Origin: an uncultured Desulfobacter sp.
GTDB lineage: Bacteria; Desulfobacterota; Desulfobacteria; Desulfobacterales; Desulfobacteraceae
Direction of reading: 5' to 3'
Length of the DNA: 64,000 nt
Assembly (NCBI GenBank): GCA_963665095.1
Contig: OY762069.1
Coordinates: 4,704,001-4,768,000 of the forward strand
Part shown: positions 1 through 10,184 of the stretch, in pieces
Layout: each line of letters opens with the position of its first letter
Position numbering within the stretch: position 1 is the stretch's first letter
Notes under the pieces: model-generated
Told to the model about the DNA's origin: nothing
Database searches by the model: none
What the model saw: only the letters and a program-made list of their open reading frames with translations
Translations under genes and position numbers: made by a program

Positions 1-246
1 TATTCCAGCAAAAGGATCGAGTATATTATTGAGATGGCAAAGGAGGTGGCCGGAGGCGGCCAACAGCAATTTTTTTTCAAAGATTCCTACAATGCATGGG
101 TAAAGAACGGAAAAACCACCCTTGAAGAGCGGGCAGATAAAAGAGTGGCGGATATTCTAAGCGGACACGTTTCCCCGTCACTGCCGGAAAAGGTTCTTGC
201 CAGGCTCAAGGTGATAAGGGAAAAAGGAGTTGAAGATATCGGTTAG
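1..246 (+). pseudogene. 3' end of a trimethylamine methyltransferase (MttB) family gene, possibly internally deleted; 5' truncated by window edge
   Basis: Frame 1 open from base 1; SYNAWVKNGKTTLEERADKRVADILSGHVSPSLPEKV resembles the MttB C-terminus; IEMAKEVAGG resembles a central MttB segment. Confidence 0.55.
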
Positions 247-341
247 CAGGTATTTTTTAAAGGGAACGGTGTCTGGCCGGGAATGCAGCGTGTGAACGGC
301 CATACAGCCCCTGACCTGTATCATCGGCTTCGGCATAGAGC

Positions 342-1622
342 TCATGAAATCAAAAACAGGCTGAGCTGCGGCCAGTAGGTAATGATGAGAACAGAGAGCA
401 GCAGCACCAGCATAAACGGGATGGTGGCCCGGTAAATTTCAGCAATGGGTTTGTCAAACCGGTAACCGGCAATGAACAGGTTCATGCCCACCGGCGGGGT
501 GAAATATCCGATCTGCATGTTGGCCAGAAAAATAATGCCCAGATGAACCGGATGTACCCCGTATTCCAGGGCCACGGGCAGCATAAGCGGCACCATGATG
601 ATAATGGCGGAAAAGATGTCGAGCATGGCACCCAGGATCAGCAGAAAAATATTGAGAAGAATGAGAAACACCAGCTTGCTTGACACAAAAGCCTGGCAGA
701 ATTTAAACAGTTTCATGGGGGCCTCGGCATCAATCAGGTAATTGGTCAGTGCCAGGGAGACCCCTAAAATCAGCAGGATCCCACCCACCATGACCATGGA
801 TTCCCTGATGATGCCGGGAAGTTTGAATATAGGGATTTCCCGGTAAATCAGCACTTCCACCACCAGCACATACATGGCTGTGACAGCGGCGGCTTCAGAT
901 ACGGCAAAATATCCTGAATAGATGCCGAAAAATACAAACAGAGGCAGGGGCACTTCCCAGATGGCGTCTCTTAATGCCTTTAAACAATTTTCAAGGGAAA
1001 ATTTTGTCAGAGGCATGGGGTTGCCCCGGTTGGCCCACATACTCCAGGCTGACAGCATGATGATCATAAGAATGGCAGGAAAAATACCTGCCAGAAACAG
1101 GTCTTCAATGGATACCTGGTTCCCGCTGGTCATCTGCTGGGCAATAATGCCGTAAAGAATCAGGGGCAAAGAAGGGGGCAGCAAAAGCCCCAGACTCCCT
1201 GATGTGGTGACAAGGCCCAGGCTGAAGCTGTCCTTGTAGCCGGACTGGGTCAGGGCCGGGTACAGCAGCGCCCCCATGGCCACAATGGTCACTCCGGAGG
1301 CCCCTGTAAATGCTGTGAACAGCGCACAGACTACAAAAGCCACAATGGCAAGCCCTCCGGGCATCCATCCTAAAAAGGCCCGGGTCAGGGCCACAAGGCG
1401 GCCGGAGGTGTTACTTTCGGCTAAAATATATCCGGCAAAGGTGAACAGGGGAAGGGCCAGTAGAATCGGGGTGTCTGCAATCCTGTACAGCTCTATGGCC
1501 ACGACGGAAAGATCAATGTCTGACAGGTGAAATCCATACATTGCCGCGGCAATGATCACCGTGAACAACGGCGCGCCCATCAGGGCAAAAAGAATGAGAA
1601 GACCGATAATAGCTAATGTCAT
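342..1622 (-). CDS. dctM: TRAP transporter large permease
   Basis: 426 aa hydrophobic; LLALPLF, GSLGLLLPPS and GYFTPPVGMNLF motifs. Confidence 0.95.
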   Translation of the reverse strand: MTLAIIGLLILFALMGAPLFTVIIAAAMYGFHLSDIDLSVVAIELYRIADTPILLALPLFTFAGYILAESNTSGRLVALTRAFLGWMPGGLAIVAFVVCALFTAFTGASGVTIVAMGALLYPALTQSGYKDSFSLGLVTTSGSLGLLLPPSLPLILYGIIAQQMTSGNQVSIEDLFLAGIFPAILMIIMLSAWSMWANRGNPMPLTKFSLENCLKALRDAIWEVPLPLFVFFGIYSGYFAVSEAAAVTAMYVLVVEVLIYREIPIFKLPGIIRESMVMVGGILLILGVSLALTNYLIDAEAPMKLFKFCQAFVSSKLVFLILLNIFLLILGAMLDIFSAIIIMVPLMLPVALEYGVHPVHLGIIFLANMQIGYFTPPVGMNLFIAGYRFDKPIAEIYRATIPFMLVLLLSVLIITYWPQLSLFLIS

Positions 1623-1626
1623 ATTT

Positions 1627-2142
1627 TCACTGTTCCAGGGTGCCGGATCCGGGTTTGGACCCTGGGGTGGATTTAGCCAGCCCGATCAGTTGTTCCAGGA
1701 AAAACAGGGTGTATCTGATGGTAATGATGCAAAAGGCGAATGGAATGACTGTTTCACAGATCCAGACAGGTACCGAGAAAAAGGCGGGAAAACCGTCTGC
1801 CTTTTCCATGAGGACAAACCGTGCACTGTGCCAGGTCATAAAACAGCAGGTGACTGCTGTGAAGAGGTAAACTGCCAGACGGTTAAATTTTTTATACCGG
1901 GCAGGCAAATACTTTGACACCAGGTCGATGCTGATATGGTTGTCGCTTCTTGAGGCCACCATGGCACCGATCAGGCCCAGCCAGAGCACAAGGACCCGGA
2001 CCAGGGGATCGGCCCAGACAATGCCGGCGTCAAATCCGTTCCGAAGGACGATCTGGAATACCGCAAGGCAGATCATCACCAGCAGCAGGCTGACCAGCAG
2101 GGCATCTTCAATTTTGTGCAGAATTAAGATCAGACGAGGCAT
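1627..2142 (-). CDS. dctQ: TRAP transporter small permease
   Basis: 171 aa, 4 TM segments, HISIDL motif, lies between dctP and dctM. Confidence 0.92.
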   Translation of the reverse strand: MPRLILILHKIEDALLVSLLLVMICLAVFQIVLRNGFDAGIVWADPLVRVLVLWLGLIGAMVASRSDNHISIDLVSKYLPARYKKFNRLAVYLFTAVTCCFMTWHSARFVLMEKADGFPAFFSVPVWICETVIPFAFCIITIRYTLFFLEQLIGLAKSTPGSKPGSGTLEQ

Positions 2143-2151
2143 CTGTAAATT

Positions 2152-3171
2152 TTATTCCTGGTTGCTGTGGGTTTTACGGTATTCCTTCAGCAGGGCCTCC
2201 ACCTTGTCAGCAGGTTCTTTTGGCAGGTCACCGGCCTCTATCATTTTCTGTGATGCGTTGGCTGCCGAGACCAGCCACTGGTCCATCTGGTCCTTTGAGG
2301 GCGTGATAAACTCAATGCCCTGTGTTTTTAATGCCTCAACCGCCTTGGCATTGTCTTCGCGATTCTTCTGGTCAAGGGCATTGAGTTCCCGGGTCATGAT
2401 ATCAGCCATAATTTTCTGGTCTTCCGGCGAAATTTTATCTATTGCTTTTTTGTCTATGGCAAGCACCGCATGCAGATATAAGAGCGGGATATTGGTCACA
2501 TATTTGATCTCCGTGTGCCACTGGAGCACAATGGCGCCCACAGGAGATGTCCCCACCGTGTCAATAAGGCCGGACTGCAGTCCGGTGCGCACATCAGCAA
2601 GTGGCAGGGCAATAGGGGAGATGCCAAAACACTTCACGGCATCCACGGTCATCTTGTCATTATCCGGTACCCATATTTTGCGGTCTTTGAGATCGGCCAC
2701 CGATGCAATGGGAGACTTGGACATGATATAGGCAAATCCCCCGCCCATGAGTGTGTAGGTGACAAAGCCTGCATCTTCCAGGCCTTTGATAATATAATCA
2801 TCCATGTGCTGCCGGACATAATCCACCTCTGCCTGGGACTTGAACTGCATGGGCTCGCTGTAAATCTGGTTGCCAGGAAAAAAAGAGGCCATGCTGCCGG
2901 CCATAAGTGCCCCCCCCTGGAGCTGGCCAATGCGTATTTTCCGCAGCACTGCCTTGTCATTTCCCATGACCCCGCCGGGATAAAATTTGAATTTTATCCG
3001 GTTATCTGTGGCTTTGGCCGTCTCTTGGGCCCCTTTCCGCATTAATTGCATCCATGTGGAACCTTCCGGCGAAATGGTGGCAATTTTTATGGTGTGGGCA
3101 TTGGCACCCGTCATAAACAGCCCGATCAGGGCAAATGAAAAAATCTGAAAAATAAAACGTCTGATAAACAT
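2152..3171 (-). CDS. dctP: TRAP substrate-binding protein (TatP/DctP type)
   Basis: Signal peptide; KIATISPEGSTW, FYPGGVMG, LQSGLID motifs. Confidence 0.92.
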   Translation of the reverse strand: MFIRRFIFQIFSFALIGLFMTGANAHTIKIATISPEGSTWMQLMRKGAQETAKATDNRIKFKFYPGGVMGNDKAVLRKIRIGQLQGGALMAGSMASFFPGNQIYSEPMQFKSQAEVDYVRQHMDDYIIKGLEDAGFVTYTLMGGGFAYIMSKSPIASVADLKDRKIWVPDNDKMTVDAVKCFGISPIALPLADVRTGLQSGLIDTVGTSPVGAIVLQWHTEIKYVTNIPLLYLHAVLAIDKKAIDKISPEDQKIMADIMTRELNALDQKNREDNAKAVEALKTQGIEFITPSKDQMDQWLVSAANASQKMIEAGDLPKEPADKVEALLKEYRKTHSNQE

Positions 3172-3189
3172 GTTTTAAATGGTCTCCGG

Positions 3190-4059
3190 TTAAAAATAAT
3201 CGTCGGCTTCATTCAGCAGTTTTTGCGCCAGCTGCCGGGCATAGGTATTGATCAGCGTGTAGCCGTCAATATCCGGCCTGGCTTCCATCACCTCTGTGAG
3301 AAGACGGTCATGAAGCGGGCGGTCAAACATCATTTTTGCGTAAAGTTGTGCATACGTCACTTTGGCCATTAAGTTTTTCCCCTGGGACAGGGCAATGGCC
3401 TTTTCAAAATAGTGTTTTCCCTGTTCGGGCTTCCCCCCTAAGGCTGGGGGCAGAAACGTGGCCAGCGTGCCAAGGTACATGAAGGCAGCCCCCTCTTTGT
3501 AGGTTTCATCCAGTTCAACCACCCGGAGCATGATGGTTTCGATCCGGGAGATGTCGGCCAGGGCATTAAAATCATCCTTGTAGGCCATGATCCATGAAGC
3601 CCAGGTGGACCCTAAAGTGAACAGAAACGGCAGGGCATCCTTATCCATGCCATTCACCACCGCACTGAACTGCTCAAAGGACTGCTCCTTAAGCCCACAG
3701 GTCTTTTCCCGGGTATGGCAGACAGCGTCCAGGGCATAGGTCATGGCTTTGTCAGCCAGCTTTTTTTTACGCGCGTTATCCGCTACAAAAACATCGGAGT
3801 AAGCCGTATAAAGCCCGGCCCCTGTACAGAGCATATCTGCCGAATCAGGATCCTGGTCAATGAGGCTGTCCACCATGATCAGATAAGAGGGGGCCCCTGC
3901 TTCCACCATGGCAAGATCATTGTTGTTTAAAATGCTTCGGGACAGATGGGTCATCATGTTTGACTTCAAGCCGCATCCCGGGGCAGATAACGTCACGCCC
4001 AAGAGCACCAGGCAGAATAGAATAATTCTGCAGACCCTTTTTTCAAAAACAGGCATCAT
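3190..4059 (-). CDS. TRAP transporter TatT component (helical lipoprotein)
   Basis: Lipobox-like SAPGC; PPALGGKPEQGKHYFEKAI motif; first gene of the dctPQM operon. Confidence 0.85.
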   Translation of the reverse strand: MMPVFEKRVCRIILFCLVLLGVTLSAPGCGLKSNMMTHLSRSILNNNDLAMVEAGAPSYLIMVDSLIDQDPDSADMLCTGAGLYTAYSDVFVADNARKKKLADKAMTYALDAVCHTREKTCGLKEQSFEQFSAVVNGMDKDALPFLFTLGSTWASWIMAYKDDFNALADISRIETIMLRVVELDETYKEGAAFMYLGTLATFLPPALGGKPEQGKHYFEKAIALSQGKNLMAKVTYAQLYAKMMFDRPLHDRLLTEVMEARPDIDGYTLINTYARQLAQKLLNEADDYF

Positions 4060-4288
4060 TAACCAAAGTTTCCTTTATCTTATTTCAACTGGAAAAGACG
4101 ATGAAAATCAATTTTTAGTCCAGAAATTAGCTTTTTTATCGGCAAAAAGCAACAGGCATGACGTGTGGTGGGACAAGGCAGCGGCATGCCGACTTTAAAC
4201 AAAATAGTATGGGTAAAATTCAAATTATTCATGGTATAGTTATTTCTGTAGGGAAGCCAGCTCAAATGTATTCTTTATTATTTAGAAA

Positions 4289-5773
4289 ATGATTAGTTCC
4301 ATGAAACCAGAAATTATAAAATACAGGTTGTGGATACCGGTACTCCTTTTATTTTTCATTCTGACAGGTGTTGCCGGCGCATCAAATCCAACCGTGCATA
4401 TTATACCGGTGTCCGGTACAGTTGAGCCGGGTATGGCCGCCTATATCAAACGGGTGGTCTCTTCCCTGGCGCAGGACAAGTCCGCCATTCTGGTGTTTGT
4501 CATGGATACATTCGGCGGGCGGGTGGATGCGGCATTTGAAATCGTGGAAACCATCTGTTCCGTTCCCAGGGAGAGAACCATTGCCTTTGTGGAGAAAAAA
4601 GCCATATCTGCCGGTGCCCTGATTGCGCTTTCCGCCGGCACGCTGGTTATGAAGGAGAATACGCTGATCGGGGACTGTGCCCCCATTATCCAGACCAGCG
4701 AGGGCCACAAGGAAGTGGGCGAAAAAACACAGACAGTGCTCCGGGCCCAGTTCCGAACTCTGGCCAAACGCAACAATTATCCGGAAGTCCTGGCAGAAGC
4801 CATGGTAACCAAATCCATGGAGGTGTATAAAATCACCCGGGAAGAAGCGGTTGAGTATATGGATAAAACCTCCTGGCAGGACCTGTCTGAGCAGGAAAAG
4901 AAAAGAGTGACCCGGAAAAGCACCATCGTGGCAGAAGGTGAACTTTTAACCATGGATGATAAAGAGGCGTTTGATCTTGGGTTTTCCCGCCAAAGTGTGA
5001 ATAATATTGATGAGGTTCTTACCGTTTTGGGGTATGCCGAGAGCCCGAAGGTGACGGTTGAAGAGAGCTGGTCCGAAGACTTTGTTCGATGGATTCAGCC
5101 GTTTTTACCCATCCTCATGCTTCTGGGCATTGGCGCGGTGTATACCGAGATAAAAGCACCGGGATTTGGCATCCCCGGTATTGTGGGGGTTGTCTGCCTG
5201 GGGCTGGTGTTCTTTAACCAGTATCTGGTGGGACTTGCCGATTACACGGAAATACTGGTCTTTATCATCGGGTTTCTGCTGCTGGCCATGGAGGTGTTTG
5301 TCCTGCCCGGGTTCGGCATTGCCGGGATCAGTGCCCTGGTGGTGCTGGCAGCAGGGCTTGTACTCTCTTTTCAGAATTTTGTACTGCCGGACCCGGCCCT
5401 GCCATGGGAAGGGGATCTGATGCTGCAAAATTTAGGTATGGTCATGGGCTGCGCTGTGGGTGCCCTGCTGGTCTCTTTGCTCACGATCCGTTTTGTTCTG
5501 CCGGGACTTTCAACCATTGTTAAAGGGCCGTATCTCAGCGCCTCGCTGCAGGATTCCCATGCCGGTTCCAGCGAGGGCGAAGGCATCCGGCCTGGCGATG
5601 AAGGCCTGTCTGTGACAACGCTTCGGCCATCGGGTAAGGCACGCATTAACGGCCGGAAAGTGGATGCCGTGACCCAGGGAGATTTTATAGAGCCGGATAC
5701 TCCGGTCCAGGTAATCCAGGTATCTGCCGGCCGTGTGATTGTCATAAAAATTGTGGAAAAGGGGGATAAATGA
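4289..5773 (+). CDS. nfeD: Long NfeD protein (ClpP-like protease domain, TM domain, OB fold)
   Basis: MDTFGG, AISAGALIA, EIKAPGFG, LRPSGKA motifs; upstream of floA. Confidence 0.92.
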   Translation: MISSMKPEIIKYRLWIPVLLLFFILTGVAGASNPTVHIIPVSGTVEPGMAAYIKRVVSSLAQDKSAILVFVMDTFGGRVDAAFEIVETICSVPRERTIAFVEKKAISAGALIALSAGTLVMKENTLIGDCAPIIQTSEGHKEVGEKTQTVLRAQFRTLAKRNNYPEVLAEAMVTKSMEVYKITREEAVEYMDKTSWQDLSEQEKKRVTRKSTIVAEGELLTMDDKEAFDLGFSRQSVNNIDEVLTVLGYAESPKVTVEESWSEDFVRWIQPFLPILMLLGIGAVYTEIKAPGFGIPGIVGVVCLGLVFFNQYLVGLADYTEILVFIIGFLLLAMEVFVLPGFGIAGISALVVLAAGLVLSFQNFVLPDPALPWEGDLMLQNLGMVMGCAVGALLVSLLTIRFVLPGLSTIVKGPYLSASLQDSHAGSSEGEGIRPGDEGLSVTTLRPSGKARINGRKVDAVTQGDFIEPDTPVQVIQVSAGRVIVIKIVEKGDK

Positions 5774-6243
5774 ACGCCTGGGTGCTGCCGCTGATACTGC
5801 AGGTTCTCGCTGTCTTTATTATTGCTGCTGAAGTGGTGCTGCCCTCCATGGGGCTTTTAACTGTTATGGCCCTGGGCCTTGTGGGGTATTCCCTTTATCT
5901 TGTGTTCAACACGTTTACCGCACCGGTATTTTACTGGGTGCTGGCCGCAGATCTGCTGGCGCTGCCCCTGGTGTTTGTCCTGGGGTTTAAACTGCTGGCA
6001 GCCTCCTCACTCTCTTTGAAAAAAGAGCTGTCCGCAAGAGAAGGGGTGGTTTCCCAGTCACCGGATTTGAAAAATTATCTGAACCACACCGGCCGGACCA
6101 TTACCACCCTTCGTCCCTCAGGTATGGCCATGATTGACGGTGTCCGCCTGGATGTGGTCACGGACGGTGAGTATATTGAGGCGGATATTCCTGTAACGGT
6201 TACAAAGGTTGCCGGCAACCAGGTTTTTGTATCACGCCTGTAA
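5770..6243 (+). CDS. Short NfeD family protein
   Basis: 3 TM segments, then TTLRPSG...DVVTDGEYI OB fold; ATGA overlap with upstream gene. Confidence 0.88.
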   Translation: MNAWVLPLILQVLAVFIIAAEVVLPSMGLLTVMALGLVGYSLYLVFNTFTAPVFYWVLAADLLALPLVFVLGFKLLAASSLSLKKELSAREGVVSQSPDLKNYLNHTGRTITTLRPSGMAMIDGVRLDVVTDGEYIEADIPVTVTKVAGNQVFVSRL

Positions 6244-6313
6244 AATATTTAAAAACAAGGCGTCCCATAGCCTTTTACGTTTAAATTCTAACTTTTAACA
6301 AAGGTGGTTCATT

Positions 6314-7294
6314 ATGCAGATCATGTCCATTCTTTCCATTATTATCGGCATTCTTATTCTGGTGCTGGTTTACTTTGCGTTTTCCTACATCGGGTTATGG
6401 ATCCAGGCCCTGGTGTCAGGGGCCAGGGTGGGGCTTTTCAACATTATTTTCATGCGGTTCAGAAAAGTGCCGCCCAAACTAATCGTGGAATCAAAGATCA
6501 TGGCGGTGAAAGCCGGCATTGATATTGCCACAGACGCCCTGGAGTCTCATTTTCTTGCCGGCGGCAATGTCTCCCGGGTGATCCAGGCGCTGATTGCTTC
6601 GGATAAGGCCAACATTGAACTCTCTTTTAACCGGGCTGCGGCCATTGATCTTGCCGGCCGTGACGTGCTGGAAGCAGTCCAGATGTCGGTCAATCCCAAG
6701 GTTATTGAAACCCCTATTGTTGCGGCCATGGCCAAGGACGGGATCCAGTTGAAAGCCATTTCCAGGGTTACGGTCCGGGCCAACATAGACCGCCTGGTGG
6801 GTGGTGCCGGTGAAGAGACCATCCTGGCCCGGGTGGGCGAAGGTATTGTCACCACCATTGGCTCCGCCGTTAGCCACAAGCAGGTGCTGGAAAATCCGGA
6901 CACCATCTCCAAAACCGTTTTGAGCAAAGGTCTGGATGCCGGAACCGCCTATGAAATTCTCTCCATTGATATTGCAGACGTGGATGTGGGCAAAAACATC
7001 GGGGCCGAACTTGAGACCGACCGGGCCGAAGCAGACAAAAAAATCGCCCAGGCCAAGGCTGAGGAAAAGCGGGCCATGGCCTTTGCCCAGGAACAGGAGA
7101 TGAAGGCCCGGGTCCAGGAGATGAAAGCCAAGGTGGTGGAAGCCGAAGCCCAGGTACCCCTGGCCATGGCTGAAGCATTCAGAAGCGGCAATCTCGGGAT
7201 CATGGACTATTATAAAATGCAGAATATCAGTGCGGATACCCGGATGCGGGACACCATTGCCGCACCTGAACAAACCCAGGACATTGAAAAATAA
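6314..7294 (+). CDS. floA: Flotillin-like protein FloA (YqfA)
   Basis: [40 protein letters not shown] motifs. Confidence 0.95.
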   Translation: MQIMSILSIIIGILILVLVYFAFSYIGLWIQALVSGARVGLFNIIFMRFRKVPPKLIVESKIMAVKAGIDIATDALESHFLAGGNVSRVIQALIASDKANIELSFNRAAAIDLAGRDVLEAVQMSVNPKVIETPIVAAMAKDGIQLKAISRVTVRANIDRLVGGAGEETILARVGEGIVTTIGSAVSHKQVLENPDTISKTVLSKGLDAGTAYEILSIDIADVDVGKNIGAELETDRAEADKKIAQAKAEEKRAMAFAQEQEMKARVQEMKAKVVEAEAQVPLAMAEAFRSGNLGIMDYYKMQNISADTRMRDTIAAPEQTQDIEK

Positions 7295-7306
7295 AGGGGA
7301 AATAAT

Positions 7307-7957
7307 TTGGACTTTGGTGATGTTATTTCTCTGATCGTATTTCTGATATTTATTGTGTCGCCGTTTTTAAAGAGAAAAAAGAAAAAGGCCTCTGGGGCCG
7401 GGCAATCAGGCCGGCGCCGGCCCTCTCTTTTTTCACAACTTGGTGATGCGTTGAAGGACGCCGCCAGAGAGCTGGAAAAGCAGGCGGAACTGGCCCGTAA
7501 AAAAGAGGCCTTGAAACAGGGACATTCCCCCCGGGCGCGGGAAGGCAGGCAGCTTGCCCGGGACGGGGAAAAGGTTCCTGCTCAGACCTTCTGGGATGAC
7601 ATCGATGACAGGGAATCACAGGACCGGAACGATGCGGATTCTCATCACCCTGACAAGGTAACAGTCCAGATTCGTGCCGGGGAAAAAGACCCCGAATCTG
7701 TCAATGAGAAACGTGTTATTAAACCTTTCAAAAAAGAGTCCCATAGGAAAGCTCCCCGGATACCGGATATAAGGGAGACAAAAGGTACATCCCCTTCATC
7801 ATCCGTGAAAGGCGTTATGGGGCCTGCCCGTCCCCGCTTTAATTATAGACGGTTGCCGGCCCAAACCCTTGGGCTTCAAAAGGCCGTGATCTGGTCGGAA
7901 ATCCTGGGAAGACCGGTTGCTCTGAGAGACCAGAACTCCCTGGGCCGGCATTTCTAA
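7307..7957 (+). CDS. YqfB-like membrane-anchored protein
   Basis: N-terminal TM segment; C-terminal LQKAVIWSEILGRPVALR motif; downstream of floA; TTG start. Confidence 0.7.
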   Translation: MDFGDVISLIVFLIFIVSPFLKRKKKKASGAGQSGRRRPSLFSQLGDALKDAARELEKQAELARKKEALKQGHSPRAREGRQLARDGEKVPAQTFWDDIDDRESQDRNDADSHHPDKVTVQIRAGEKDPESVNEKRVIKPFKKESHRKAPRIPDIRETKGTSPSSSVKGVMGPARPRFNYRRLPAQTLGLQKAVIWSEILGRPVALRDQNSLGRHF

Positions 7958-8009
7958 AATACCGGTGGGTTTTCTGATATAAGCTGTTAAATTACTTTTA
8001 TATTCTGTT

Positions 8010-8049
8010 GTGGGCTGGCCTCAGGCGGTGATAGAACAGGTCAGCCCAC
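8010..8049. terminator. Stem-loop between convergent units
   Basis: gtgggctggcct / aggtcagcccac inverted repeat. Confidence 0.5.
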
Positions 8050-8054
8050 GGCTG

Positions 8055-8420
8055 TTATTTTTGTATTTTATCCAGGTTTAAAAACGGCAGTGGAGTGGTG
8101 GTGTTGGGATCCAGTATGATCAAATGGTTGCCGTTTTGGAGCTCTTTGAGAACATTCATGCTTTCAAGTTTCAGGTACCCTTCCAGGCTGACGGCCTCAA
8201 TGATTTTGCGTTTGGCAGCCGCTTCTGCTTCAGCGCGCACAAGAATGGACTTGGCCTCAATGCGGGCCGCTTCCAGCTGGGCATTGGCACCAATGAGCAT
8301 CACTTCTTTTTTCTTGTTTGCCTGGATCAGTTCGGCTTTTTTTTCAGCCTCGGCCTGGGCCTCCTTGCGTTCCTGGTCCACCCTGAATTTTTTCAGCTCT
8401 TCCTTCCCTTGTATCACAAC
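8055..8420 (-). pseudogene. C-terminal remnant of an SPFH/prohibitin-like protein
   Basis: E/A/K-rich coiled coil (AEAEAAAKRKI), YLKLESM and PFLNL tail; no N-terminal domain; overlapped by the MocR 3' end. Confidence 0.6.
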
Positions 8421-9858
8421 CGGGCTGCGGATCCATCTGGTACACCAGCCCGCCAATCTGCCTGATCGCTTCCTCAGTCTGTTCATTCCAGACCCCGCCG
8501 TACCCAATGCGGATATACCGGTGAAAAACGTTTATACTGGAGCAAAGAAAGCCGGGAAGGATTGAAATGCCCAGCTTTCTTGCTTCAAAAAAGAGTGTCC
8601 GGCCATGGCAGCCCTCGGGCAGTTCGATCCAGAGGCTTAAGCCTCCTGAGGGAGAGGTCATCCGTATTGAGGGCGGAAAGTATTTGTAAACAGCTGTTCT
8701 ACAGTACTGACTCTGTTCCCTTAATGTTCGCCTGAGGCGGCGCAGATGGCGCTGGAAGGTGCCCTCTTTCAGATAGCTGGCTATAAGGGCCTGGTTCAAA
8801 GTGGGGGAAATCAGGGAGCGATTCAGTTTCATTCGCTTGATACGGCTTTTAAACCGGCCCGGTATGACCCATCCCACCATCAGGCCCGGTGCCAGAACCT
8901 TTGAAAAGGAGGCGCAATACAGTATATTGTCCCGGGTATCCCACTTTTTTAACGGATTGGGCCGCATTGCCCCAAAGTACAAGTCTCCGCTGACATCATT
9001 ATCAATAATGGGGATCTGCTTTTCCCCCAGCAGAGCGACGATTTTCTGCTTGCGCTCGTCCGGCATGATAAAACCCAGGGGATTCTGGCAGTTTACGTTG
9101 AGCAGGCACGCCGCGATTTTCTGCTGATTTACCAGGGTTTCAAGCCGGTCCGGGTTGATCCCGAGGCCGGGATCCGCGGGGACCTCCAGGGCATACAGCC
9201 CATTGTCGCTGAGCATTCGCCGGATAAAAGGATCAGAAGGCGATTCCAGTGCAATGGTATCTCCGGGATTTGCCACGGCCTTCAGGCTGAGGCTTAAGGC
9301 CTCAGTGCATCCATTCGTAATGATAATATCCTCCATGGACAGGTCCGGGATAAAGGGAAAAAGCAGGTTGGAAATCTGGTGCCTGAGCTGTTCATCCCCC
9401 TGGGGATGGGCATATCCGGCAATCACCTTTGGCACCTGGGTCTTTGAAAAGGATTTGAGATGGGCGTGGAGCCGTTTGACCGGCAGGTGCTCCGGAGCCA
9501 CAGCAATAGACCCCAGTTTTAATATCTCAGGATCGCCCATATCCCGGGTGAGGATATATACAAGGTTGTCCAGACTGATTTTTCCCGGCTCCATTTCATG
9601 GCGGATGATTCTTGGGCTCGGTCTGAGCCGCTCCGGGTTGGGCTTGATAAAATACCCTGACCTGTCCCGGGATTCCACCACCCCTCTTTTTTCAAGTTCC
9701 ACATAAGCCTGGATTACCGTTGTCATACTGTAACCGGTGGTCCGGCACAGAGCCCTGAGGGAAGGCAGCTTTTCAGAAATCCGATACCCGCCGTTTTTAA
9801 TCTGCCGCTGAATCTGGTCTGCCAGGTCTTTATAAAAGAATTTTTTTTTATCTGCCAT
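8344..9858 (-). CDS. MocR/GabR family PLP-dependent GntR regulator
   Basis: GntR wHTH (KLPSLRALC...AYVELEKRG); ITNGCTEAL and SFSKVLAPG aminotransferase motifs. Confidence 0.95.
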   Translation of the reverse strand: MADKKKFFYKDLADQIQRQIKNGGYRISEKLPSLRALCRTTGYSMTTVIQAYVELEKRGVVESRDRSGYFIKPNPERLRPSPRIIRHEMEPGKISLDNLVYILTRDMGDPEILKLGSIAVAPEHLPVKRLHAHLKSFSKTQVPKVIAGYAHPQGDEQLRHQISNLLFPFIPDLSMEDIIITNGCTEALSLSLKAVANPGDTIALESPSDPFIRRMLSDNGLYALEVPADPGLGINPDRLETLVNQQKIAACLLNVNCQNPLGFIMPDERKQKIVALLGEKQIPIIDNDVSGDLYFGAMRPNPLKKWDTRDNILYCASFSKVLAPGLMVGWVIPGRFKSRIKRMKLNRSLISPTLNQALIASYLKEGTFQRHLRRLRRTLREQSQYCRTAVYKYFPPSIRMTSPSGGLSLWIELPEGCHGRTLFFEARKLGISILPGFLCSSINVFHRYIRIGYGGVWNEQTEEAIRQIGGLVYQMDPQPGCDTREGRAEKIQGGPGTQGGPGRG

Positions 9859-9968
9859 ATCATCTGCTATTGTTTTTTATTGTATCTTCTGTATCTGTCC
9901 TCTTTTTCTGAATTCAACTATATTATTTTACAGGTAATCCCCAATATTGTTTTGTAAAGGAGGAAACA

Positions 9969-10163
9969 ATGACAAAATACTGTTTTAACATTATGCAGTA
10001 CATGCTGGCCGGTGAAGAGTCAAGACTCGGCTTCCAGGATTACTGGAAAAACGGTTTTCTGGCCCGACACACCAATGCCGGCCGAACCTGCCTGGAAGCG
10101 ACCAAGACGGTGTTTCTGATGACTCTTTATTTTGCTGTTGCCAAAGGAATCACTCTTCTGTAA
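9969..10163 (+). CDS. Small hypothetical protein divergent from the MocR regulator
   Basis: Strong RBS AAGGAGG before ATG, 64 aa, hydrophobic C-terminus, followed by hairpin. Confidence 0.65.
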   Translation: MTKYCFNIMQYMLAGEESRLGFQDYWKNGFLARHTNAGRTCLEATKTVFLMTLYFAVAKGITLL

Positions 10164-10184
10164 TAGTTTGATTTTTTTGATAAA

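Noticed and set aside
4175..4195. Sigma-54 promoter for the TPAT operon
   Set aside because: GG-to-GC spacing is 9 rather than 10
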